From an uncultured Bacteroidales bacterium (GTDB lineage Bacteria; Bacteroidota; Bacteroidia; Bacteroidales; UBA7960), in assembly GCA_964477035.1 (NCBI GenBank), contig CAYZCW010000004.1, positions 59,882 to 123,881 on the forward strand: a stretch of 64,000 bases of DNA, written 5' to 3'. The notes beneath the pieces were generated by a model. That model had not been told where the DNA came from. It was given only the letters and a program-made list of their open reading frames with translations, and ran no database searches. Shown piece by piece: positions 27,039 to 34,642 of the stretch. Numbering within the stretch: position 1 is the first letter of the stretch; each line of letters begins with the position of its first letter. The translations under genes and the position numbers were made by a program.

Positions 27039-27515
27039 ATGAATGAGGTAAAGTATTTTACGAAAGAGGGACTCCAGAAGCAAAGAGACGAACTGGAGCG
27101 GTTGAAATCGGTGGAACGTCCGGCCATTTCCCAGCAAATTGCCGAGGCCAGGGAAAAGGGAGACCTTTCCGAAAATGCAGAGTATGATGCTGCAAAGAAT
27201 GCGCAGGCCATGCTGGAGCTTCGCATCGCCAAACTGGAAGACACCCTCAGCACGGCCCGGGTGATCGATGAGAGCCAGCTGGACGACAGCAGGATCTCGA
27301 TCCTTTCCACCGTGAAACTGAAAAATCTGAAAACAAAGGCCGTGATGACCTGGTCTCTGGTGCCCGAGAATGAAGCCGATATCAAGAAAGGAAAGATATC
27401 GGTCAACTCCCCCATTGCCCGCGGGCTGCTGGGCAAGACCAAGGGTGAGTCGGTCGACATCCAGGTGCCGGCCGGCCTTTTGTCATTTGAGATACTGGAT
27501 ATCGGCAGGGAGTAA
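27039..27515 (+). CDS. greA: transcription elongation factor GreA
   Basis: MNEVKYFTKEGLQKQRDELERLK...AREKGDLSENAEYDAAK... Start at ATG 27039; the 26979 start would add a non-homologous hydrophobic extension. Confidence 0.93.
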   Translation: MNEVKYFTKEGLQKQRDELERLKSVERPAISQQIAEAREKGDLSENAEYDAAKNAQAMLELRIAKLEDTLSTARVIDESQLDDSRISILSTVKLKNLKTKAVMTWSLVPENEADIKKGKISVNSPIARGLLGKTKGESVDIQVPAGLLSFEILDIGRE

Positions 27516-27533
27516 CCCCCAAAACCACACCCC

Positions 27534-27932
27534 ATGGCAAGCATTTTTTCAAGGATTGTACAGGGCGAAATTCCCTGTCACAAGGTTGCGGAAGACGAAA
27601 ACCACCTGGCTTTCCTGGACATCAATCCCCTCACCAGGGGCCACACCCTGGTGATTCCCAAGAAGGAAACCGATTACCTTTTTGATTTGTCCGAAGAGGA
27701 GTACCAGGGGCTGTTTTTATTCGCCCGGAGGGTGGCCCATGCCATCAAACAGGTGGTCACCTGTGAACGTATCGGGATGGCGGTCATCGGGCTGGAGGTT
27801 CGCCATGCCCACGTCCACCTTGTCCCGATCAACGGGATCTACGACATCGACTTCAAGAAACCCAAGCTGGAACTCGGCCACGAGGAGATGGCATCCATCG
27901 CCCGCAAGATTGCCGGCAAGATGTCCTCCTGA
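27534..27932 (+). CDS. HIT family protein
   Basis: IFSRIVQGEIPCHKVAEDE...RGHTLVIPK...HAHVHLVP histidine triad. Confidence 0.9.
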   Translation: MASIFSRIVQGEIPCHKVAEDENHLAFLDINPLTRGHTLVIPKKETDYLFDLSEEEYQGLFLFARRVAHAIKQVVTCERIGMAVIGLEVRHAHVHLVPINGIYDIDFKKPKLELGHEEMASIARKIAGKMSS

Positions 27933-27959
27933 TCCAACCGCTACCATCCGGCAAAAGGC

Positions 27960-28568
27960 TCACTGCCCGCTGACCCGCCGGGGGTTGTCCGCCACATAAG
28001 ATTTCCAGCCCGTATAGCTTTTGGAAGTGCCCGCATCGCCGGGCACTTTCTGGTAATGGTGGCACAGGGCCACGGCCAGGGCGTCTGTGATGTCGAACTT
28101 GTCAGGCAGCTCCCGGAGGTTCAGCAGCCGCTGCAGCATCCCGGCCACCTGTTCCTTGGACGCACCCCCCTTGCCCGTGATGGCCTGTTTGATCTTGCGG
28201 GGGGAGTACTCAAACACCGGGATGTCGCGGTACAGGGCCGCCGCGATGGCCACGCCCTGGGCCCGGCCCAGCTTGAGCATCGACTGCACGTTCTTGCCGA
28301 AAAACTGGCTTTCGATGGCCAGCTCGTCCGGATGGTACTCATCCAGGTTTCGCAGCACCGTCTCGAAGATTTTTTTTAGCTTTAGGGCGTGGTCGGGGAG
28401 TTTGTCCAGGCGCAGCACGTCCATGGCAATCACCTGCACCTGGTTGTTCGCGATGCCGATGATCCCCACCCCCATGTTGTTGGTGCCGGGATCGATGCCC
28501 AGTATGATCTTGTCAAAATCCAAGGTTCTATATGCCTGATTGGTCCCGGCTGCGTCCGGTACAAACAA
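27960..28568 (-). CDS. ruvC: crossover junction endodeoxyribonuclease RuvC
   Basis: IILGIDPGTNNMGVGII...ELAIESQFFGKNVQS...AQGVAIAAA...DALAVALCH. The true start may be the TTG at 28523 (LDFDKIILGIDPG) rather than ATG 28568. Confidence 0.88.
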   Translation of the reverse strand: MFVPDAAGTNQAYRTLDFDKIILGIDPGTNNMGVGIIGIANNQVQVIAMDVLRLDKLPDHALKLKKIFETVLRNLDEYHPDELAIESQFFGKNVQSMLKLGRAQGVAIAAALYRDIPVFEYSPRKIKQAITGKGGASKEQVAGMLQRLLNLRELPDKFDITDALAVALCHHYQKVPGDAGTSKSYTGWKSYVADNPRRVSGQ

Positions 28569-29569
28569 AAGTACATAAAATAATCCGGCCGTTGCTCCGG
28601 TTTGTGCTGCCCGTGGCAGCCATGGCCTACCTGCTATGGACCTTCACCCGCCTGCCGGAAGGGGTGCTCAGCAGCTGGGCGTCTTCCCTGGGTGAAAATG
28701 GCCGGGCATTCCGGGCCGGCCTCCTGCTGATCCTGTCGCTGGTCCCCGTCAACTGGCTGCTGGAGTCCGTCAAGTGGAAGCTGCTGGCCGGCAAGGTGGA
28801 GCCCATCTCCCTGGGCAGGTCTTTCTCCGGCATCCTTTACGGGGTCTGCCTGGGTTTCGTCACTCCCCGGCGTACCGGGGAGATCGCAGGCCGTGCCCTC
28901 GTGCTGCAACCCGGGCACCGCCTCCGCGGCATGCTCGTGAACACGGCCGGCAGCCTGTCCCAGCTGGGGGTGACCCTGGCAGCGGGACTCGCCTCCCTGG
29001 CCTTTCTTTTACTGGGAGGCGGACAAGCCCCGGCCGGTATCCCTGTCCCGCATGCGGCGGTTGCCTTACCAGCCCTGTTGCTTGCCCTGCTGGCGCTGGC
29101 ACTGCTTACCTTCCGCCGGCTCCTGCGCTGGTACCTGTCCCGCTCCTCCATCCCGGAATGGTCGCGCCATGCAGACGTGCTGCTCGGGCTGCGTGACAGA
29201 GAACTGTTGTGGCAGCTCCTTCTCAGTGCCGCACGCTACCTTGTCTTCACCCTGCAGTTTTATCTGCTGCTGCGCCTCTTTCAGGCCGCCCTGCCTTTCG
29301 GCACCGCCCTCTTGCTGCTGTCCGTCACCTACCTGCTGCTGACGGCCATTCCCTTGTCTGCCCTGGGTGAGGCCGGTGTTCGCGGACCCGTTGTGCTGCT
29401 CGCTGCCGGCATGGTGCCCGGCCTGGCGGCCGGTCCGTCTTTGGAAGCGGGGATGGTGGCCGCCATCCTGGCCCTCTGGCTTGTCAACCTGGTGCTCCCC
29501 GCCATCGCCGGGGCATTACAGGCCCTGGCCGGAGGCATCCCCTTGCAAACCGGGAGGGCCCTGTCATGA
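28532..29569 (+). CDS. multi-pass membrane protein, lysylphosphatidylglycerol-synthase-TM/flippase-like family
   Basis: About 8 hydrophobic helices. ATGA overlap with the downstream GT2. The start is uncertain because it overlaps the ruvC 5' end. Confidence 0.6.
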   Translation: MPDWSRLRPVQTKVHKIIRPLLRFVLPVAAMAYLLWTFTRLPEGVLSSWASSLGENGRAFRAGLLLILSLVPVNWLLESVKWKLLAGKVEPISLGRSFSGILYGVCLGFVTPRRTGEIAGRALVLQPGHRLRGMLVNTAGSLSQLGVTLAAGLASLAFLLLGGGQAPAGIPVPHAAVALPALLLALLALALLTFRRLLRWYLSRSSIPEWSRHADVLLGLRDRELLWQLLLSAARYLVFTLQFYLLLRLFQAALPFGTALLLLSVTYLLLTAIPLSALGEAGVRGPVVLLAAGMVPGLAAGPSLEAGMVAAILALWLVNLVLPAIAGALQALAGGIPLQTGRALS

Positions 29570-30765
29570 TCCTTTCCCTTGTACTTATTCCGCTTGCCCT
29601 CGTGTATGCGGCCCTGGTCACCTGGTTTTTCGTCGGATGGAAAAGGCTGTCCGTGCCGGCCACTGCCGCTTCCGCCCCTTACGGCCCCGGTCCACGCCTC
29701 TCGGTGGTGGTCGCTGCCCGCAACGAGGCCGGCCGGGCCGGTCCGCTGCTGGAAGCACTTATCCGGCAGGATGCCAGGGACTTTGAAGTCATCCTGGTCG
29801 ATGACCATTCAGAGGACGGGACGCTGGAGGCCTTTCGGCGGCATACAGGATACAATGGTCTTGCCGTGTCGCCTCCCGGTCCTCCCCACGGCCATTCACG
29901 GCCCGTCCTGAGGCTGCTCTCCTCCCGCGAGCATGGCATGCCCCAGGGAAAGAAACACGCCCTGAAGCTGGGGGTAAGTCAATCATCTGCTCCGTGGATC
30001 CTGACCACCGATGCCGACTGCCTTCCCCGCCCGGGCTGGGCCCGTGCCATGGCCCGGGCGCTGTCGGAGCCCGGAACGGCCATGGTGCTGGGTCCGGTCC
30101 GCCTACACGGCAAGGGGCTGTTCGGGGCGATGCAGGAGCTGGAGTTTTACAGCCTGGTGGGCAGCACCGGGGGCGCCGCGGCCCTGGGCCATCCCATCAT
30201 GGCCAACGGGGCCAGCCTGGGCTTTCGCAAGGAGGCCTTTCTGCAGGCGGGGGGCTATGCCAGCGGGCAGGCGTACCCGTCCGGGGACGACATCTTCCTG
30301 ATGCACGCCATCCACCACCAGGGCAGGGGCCATATCCGCTTTTTGAAAGACCCGCAAGCCATCGTGGAGACCGGTGCCGCCACCGGACTGGCCGCATTCT
30401 TCAGGCAAAGGGGAAGGTGGGCCGGCAAGGCCGGGGGATACCGCGACCGGTTCACCCTGTTCGTCGCCTCCGTGGTGGGGATGTTCAACCTGGTCCTGCT
30501 GGCTGCCGGTTTGTGGCTGGTCGCACACTGTGTCCATTCCGGCGGTGAGAGCCTGACCGGATTTCCCTCCGGGTTCGGCTCCCTGTGGATCCTGCTGACG
30601 GCAATCATGCTGAAAGCAGCAGCCGACTTGCTGCTGCTGCAGGAAGTCACCGGTTTCTTTGGCCGGCGCAGGCTGTTGTGGCTGTTCCCCTTGGTGTTTG
30701 TGGTCTACCCCCCGTATGTCCTCACATCCCTTATCGTCGGATGGTTTCGCGGCTCCCGGTGGTAG
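29566..30765 (+). CDS. family 2 glycosyltransferase (membrane-embedded, processive-type QxxRW)
   Basis: LSVVVAARNE...VILVDDHSEDGT...TDADC...GANLGFRKEAF...SGDDIFL...FRQRGRWAGK; N- and C-terminal TM helices. Confidence 0.8.
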   Translation: MILSLVLIPLALVYAALVTWFFVGWKRLSVPATAASAPYGPGPRLSVVVAARNEAGRAGPLLEALIRQDARDFEVILVDDHSEDGTLEAFRRHTGYNGLAVSPPGPPHGHSRPVLRLLSSREHGMPQGKKHALKLGVSQSSAPWILTTDADCLPRPGWARAMARALSEPGTAMVLGPVRLHGKGLFGAMQELEFYSLVGSTGGAAALGHPIMANGASLGFRKEAFLQAGGYASGQAYPSGDDIFLMHAIHHQGRGHIRFLKDPQAIVETGAATGLAAFFRQRGRWAGKAGGYRDRFTLFVASVVGMFNLVLLAAGLWLVAHCVHSGGESLTGFPSGFGSLWILLTAIMLKAAADLLLLQEVTGFFGRRRLLWLFPLVFVVYPPYVLTSLIVGWFRGSRW

Positions 30766-30774
30766 CCCCGCCTG

Positions 30775-31347
30775 TCAGGGCTTTTCACCCACCACCTTGT
30801 ACCCGGCCTCTTCGATGGCCAGTTTCATCTGGGACAGATCGGCGCGTGACTTATCATACACGATCACCGTTTCGTGGGTCATGTGGTCGGCCCGGACGGA
30901 CTCCACCCCGGGCAATTCGCCCACCCGCCGCTGGATCAATCCCTCGCAGCCGGTGCAGGTCATCCCTTCCACCTCCAGCGTGATTTCCATTCGGTTGTCC
31001 GGGTCCATGACCATCTCGGCCGGCGGGCTTTCAAGCTTTTCTTCAAAGTTGTTCAGCAGCCAGGGCAGGGTAAACATCACGATGGCAAATACCGTCACAA
31101 TGCCCAGGAACACCACGCTGTTGGGCTTCCCTGCAGGCCTCCTGCCCGGATCCCTCCGATACCGCTTCAGCCCTGTGATATACTGGTACCACAGAAAAAC
31201 CAGCAGCAAGGCGACCAGGGCCACGATGAAAGGCCAGATCGAAAGAATGGTCTTGATGGCACTGTCATTTCCGGCCTCCCTGGCAAGCAGGTCATGGCTT
31301 GCAAGAAGCATCGGCACGGCGGCAAAGAAACGTTTAGCAGGGCTCAT
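30775..31347 (-). CDS. membrane-anchored heavy-metal-associated (HMA) domain protein
   Basis: Two TM helices, then ITLEVEGMTCTGCEGLIQRRVGELPGVESV, the canonical GMTCxxC ferredoxin-like HMA domain. Confidence 0.75.
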   Translation of the reverse strand: MSPAKRFFAAVPMLLASHDLLAREAGNDSAIKTILSIWPFIVALVALLLVFLWYQYITGLKRYRRDPGRRPAGKPNSVVFLGIVTVFAIVMFTLPWLLNNFEEKLESPPAEMVMDPDNRMEITLEVEGMTCTGCEGLIQRRVGELPGVESVRADHMTHETVIVYDKSRADLSQMKLAIEEAGYKVVGEKP

Positions 31348-31542
31348 GGCGATATTTTATTGTAAATGTAGTGAAAAATCGAATTGAAACCGGACATCAT
31401 TCATCGCACCGGCCGATTCCCTCACCGCGAACCTGAGACAAGCCGCCGGACACCTGTCCGGACCCTGAAAGACATGCCAACACAAGCCAGAAGCAAATTC
31501 TCCCATCCGAATCGCTCCAAGCCTGATTTGGGTCAAAATACG

Positions 31543-31550
31543 TATCTTTG
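31543..31550 (+). promoter_or_regulatory. -7 box TATCTTTG upstream of the repeat-protein gene
   Basis: Exact consensus 19 nt upstream of ATG 31569, implying a very short leader. Confidence 0.4.
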
Positions 31551-31568
31551 TTCGTCACTGCATACCGG

Positions 31569-34568
31569 ATGCGAATGCGCAAGCCACCTTCTCTCAGAAC
31601 CCTTCCGCTCCTCCTTTTGACAGCGGCCCTGATGCTGCTGCCAGGCCTGCGCATCCAGGGGCAGGACAACCCCGGCCCCGCTGGCCATCCCTCCAAAAGC
31701 TCCGTGGTCATTGCGGAGTGGAATTTTGAAGATGCGGCAAAAAGGGACCCAATTATTGATCACGCTACTTGGGTAAGTTATCCTTATACTGCAGATGAAG
31801 GCATACCAGAGAATCAAGATATTGCCCCCATATTGTTATCGGGGACTCCGGAGTTTTATAATACAACAGACACTGTTTATGGTGTTCGGTGGGTTTTTGG
31901 TGTTGGGGGAGGAATGGCCAATCCGCTTTTTGCAGCGGCAGCTTCACGTTGGAAACATGAGGGATTAGTTGATGGTGCTTGGATAATTCAACTATCAACA
32001 TTTGGCTACGAAAATGTTTCTGTTTCTTCAGTTCAGTGGTCTTCAAACTTCGCACCAAGAGACTTTCATCTACAGTATTCTATTGATGGGGTCAGTTGGT
32101 TTGATGTTTCCGGTTCAGATCTAGTTTTAGAGACTTCGCCCAGTCCTTCGGGGTCATTGGACAATATTGCTCTACCCCTGGAATGTTATAACCAAGAATA
32201 TATTTTTCTTCGTTGGAGGGTGAATTCTGAAACCAGTGTGAATGGTCAAGAGATTAATGCAAATGGCGTTAGTAGAATTGACAATATTATAATCAAGGGG
32301 CAGGCCATGGTGCAGGAGTTCACCATCATTGCCACCGCCGGTCCCAACGGCAGCATCAGTCCTTCCGGAACAATTACGGTGTCTCCCGGGGACGATCAAA
32401 GTTTCACCATAGAGCCTGACGAGGGCTATCAGATTGCAGACGTGATTGTCGATGGCGTCAGCATGGGCCCGATAGATTCCTATACGTTTTTTAATGTCAG
32501 CGCCAATCATACGATTCATGTCGTTTTTTCTGAAATCCCTCCGGTTGAATTGGTGCTGGAGATCATTGGCAGCGGGACAGTGAATGTGGGGGGTGTGGGG
32601 TATTCTACGAATGTCACGATTCCGTTCCCTCCCGGCACCGAACTCACCCTGGATGCCGTGGCGGATGCGGGCTGGGTGTTTGATGGCTGGCAGGGGGACC
32701 TAAGCGGGATTGCCACACCCCAGGACCTGCTGATGGACGGCAACAAATACGTTCGCGCGGTATTCTCCCAAATTCCTGATGTGACCCTGCAGTTGGAGAT
32801 CACGGGCAGCGGGACAGTGAATGTGGGGGGTGTGGGGTATTCTACGAATGTCACGATTCCGTTCCCTCCCGGCACCGAACTCACCCTGGATGCCGTGGCG
32901 GATGCGGGCTGGGTGTTTGATGGCTGGCAGGGGGACCTAAGCGGGATTGCCACACCCCAGGACCTGCTGATGGACGGCAACAAATACGTTCGCGCGGTAT
33001 TCTCCCAAATTCCTGATGTGACCCTGGAGCTGGAGATTACGGGCAACGGGACGGTGAATGTCAATGGGGTGGGATATGCCACCAATGAAACGTTTTCGTT
33101 TCAGCAGGGCAGCAGTGTGACCCTTCATGCCGTGGCGGACGCGGGCTGGGTGTTTGATGGCTGGCAGGGGGACCTGAACGGGATTGGCACGCCCCAGGAC
33201 CTGTTGATGAACGGGGACAAGTTTGTCCGTGCGGTGTTCTCGGAGCTTCCTCCGGAGGAGTATACCCTGGAGCTGGAGATTGTGGGCAGCGGGCGCGTGG
33301 AGATCGGCGGCAACACTTACACCAGCAATACGACCTTGACATTTGAGGAAGGCACCAACCTCACCTTGAATGCCCTAGCGGACGCGGGCTGGGTGTTTGA
33401 GGGTTGGCAGGGGGACCTAAGCGGGATTGGCACGCCCCAGGACCTGATGATGAACGGGGACAAGTTTGTCCGTGCGGTGTTCACAGCACTTCCCCCGGAT
33501 GTGTACACCCTGGACCTGATCATTACGGGCGGGGGGCGCGTGGAGGTGAACGGGACGGTATACACCGAGAGCACCCCCCTGAACTTTGACGAGGGCACGA
33601 ACCTGAGCCTTATGGCCGCGGCGGATGCGGGCTGGGAGTTCGTGGAGTGGCTGGGCGACCTGACGGGCTCCGCTGCCTCGCAGAGCCTTTTGATGGACGG
33701 CGACAAACAGGTGGAGGCGGTGTTCACAGCACTTCCCCCGGATGTGTACACCCTGGACCTGATCATTACGGGCGGGGGGCGCGTGGAGGTGAACGGGACG
33801 GTATACACCGAGAGCACCCCCCTGAACTTTGACGAGGGCACGAACCTGAGCCTTATGGCCGCGGCGGATGCGGGCTGGGAGTTCGTGGAGTGGCTGGGCG
33901 ACCTGACGGGCTCCGCTGCCTCGCAGAGCCTTTTGATGGACGGCGACAAACAGGTGGAGGCGTTTTTCAGGCAGGTGGAAACCCCGGTCTACGAAGTGAC
34001 CTTTCTGGTGGATATGAGAGATGTCAATGGGTATGATCCCGGAAGAGACAGGGTGTACATCACGGGCAGCATGTTCGGTTATGCCATTCCCGGATCCATG
34101 CCTGACGAGCAGCGGATGCTGCCAACGGCCGATCCGCTGGTGCTCCGCGTGCGGTTGTCCCTGGAGCCTGGTCCCTATTATTATAAATACTATCTCAATG
34201 AGGGCTGGGACGGGGCCGAGTGGCCTGCCGCTCCCATTCGTGTGGTCGATGTTTCTGCAGATAGACGGGTATTCGAGGACATTTTTGGCAAACATGATAT
34301 TCCCACTGGTCTTCATCAAGTGATGCGGGACAGGCCATTGCTTTATCCGAATCCTGCCCGTTCCATTTTACGTATAAAAACAGCAAACGGAGAGCCCATC
34401 CTGGCAGTTCGGGTCATGAATCTGGCAGGACAGGATATGCACAGGGCAGAAAACCTGCTGGCCCTTGAGTACGACTTGATCGTAACGGGTTTTGAACCTG
34501 GCCTGTATGTGGTTCACGTATTGCAGTTCAGCGGCTGGTCGGCTGACAAGATCCAGGTGCTTCGATAA
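31569..34568 (+). CDS. T9SS-secreted modular repeat protein (discoidin/CBM-like N-domain, 1 + 6 divergent InlB B-repeat-type modules, CBM20-like beta-sandwich, T9SS C-terminal sorting domain)
   Basis: Signal peptide MRMRKPPSLRTLPLLLLTAALMLLPGLRIQGQ. Six 79-81 aa repeats (..GSGTVNVGG.GY....T...G..+TL.A.ADAGWVF.GWQGDL.G....Q.L.M.G.K.V.AVF). C-terminus LLYPNPARSILRIKT...GLYVVHV. Confidence 0.85.
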   Translation: MRMRKPPSLRTLPLLLLTAALMLLPGLRIQGQDNPGPAGHPSKSSVVIAEWNFEDAAKRDPIIDHATWVSYPYTADEGIPENQDIAPILLSGTPEFYNTTDTVYGVRWVFGVGGGMANPLFAAAASRWKHEGLVDGAWIIQLSTFGYENVSVSSVQWSSNFAPRDFHLQYSIDGVSWFDVSGSDLVLETSPSPSGSLDNIALPLECYNQEYIFLRWRVNSETSVNGQEINANGVSRIDNIIIKGQAMVQEFTIIATAGPNGSISPSGTITVSPGDDQSFTIEPDEGYQIADVIVDGVSMGPIDSYTFFNVSANHTIHVVFSEIPPVELVLEIIGSGTVNVGGVGYSTNVTIPFPPGTELTLDAVADAGWVFDGWQGDLSGIATPQDLLMDGNKYVRAVFSQIPDVTLQLEITGSGTVNVGGVGYSTNVTIPFPPGTELTLDAVADAGWVFDGWQGDLSGIATPQDLLMDGNKYVRAVFSQIPDVTLELEITGNGTVNVNGVGYATNETFSFQQGSSVTLHAVADAGWVFDGWQGDLNGIGTPQDLLMNGDKFVRAVFSELPPEEYTLELEIVGSGRVEIGGNTYTSNTTLTFEEGTNLTLNALADAGWVFEGWQGDLSGIGTPQDLMMNGDKFVRAVFTALPPDVYTLDLIITGGGRVEVNGTVYTESTPLNFDEGTNLSLMAAADAGWEFVEWLGDLTGSAASQSLLMDGDKQVEAVFTALPPDVYTLDLIITGGGRVEVNGTVYTESTPLNFDEGTNLSLMAAADAGWEFVEWLGDLTGSAASQSLLMDGDKQVEAFFRQVETPVYEVTFLVDMRDVNGYDPGRDRVYITGSMFGYAIPGSMPDEQRMLPTADPLVLRVRLSLEPGPYYYKYYLNEGWDGAEWPAAPIRVVDVSADRRVFEDIFGKHDIPTGLHQVMRDRPLLYPNPARSILRIKTANGEPILAVRVMNLAGQDMHRAENLLALEYDLIVTGFEPGLYVVHVLQFSGWSADKIQVLR
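32568..33026 (+). repeat. perfect tandem duplication: 222-bp identical blocks at 32568-32789 and 32805-33026 (period 237 bp)
   Basis: Base-by-base comparison by eye of the two blocks starting ggcagcgggacagtgaatgtgggggg... and ending ...aaattcctgatgtgaccctg. Confidence 0.85.
33474..33962 (+). repeat. perfect tandem duplication, period 243 bp (33474-33719 equals 33717-33962)
   Basis: Both copies read gcggtgttcacagcacttcccccggatgtgtacaccctggacctgatcattacgggc...gacaaacaggtggaggcg with no mismatch seen. Confidence 0.85.
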
Positions 34569-34642
34569 AAAAACGGGTACGTGGGCGATTGTTTTTTTTT
34601 GTAACTTCAATGGTATGCCCGGAATTAACAAATTAACAGAAT

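Larger units (their letters stand above)
32539..33966 (+). repeat. array of six in-frame 79-81 aa (237-243 bp) protein-coding tandem repeats
   Basis: Read from the translation. Units 1-2 and units 5-6 are identical at the nucleotide level; units 3 and 4 have diverged. Confidence 0.9.

Noticed and set aside
28523-28568. Apparent 37-bp divergent coding overlap between ruvC and the flippase-like gene
   Set aside because: This is probably a start-codon artefact. RuvC homologues begin just before ILGIDPG, and a TTG at 28523 fits, which removes the overlap. I did not treat it as a real overlapping-gene feature.
32539-33966. Could the regular 237-243-bp repeats be a CRISPR array or a satellite?
   Set aside because: The period is far too long for CRISPR, and there is no repeat-spacer alternation. 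The units are in frame within one long ORF and encode a recognisable protein repeat.
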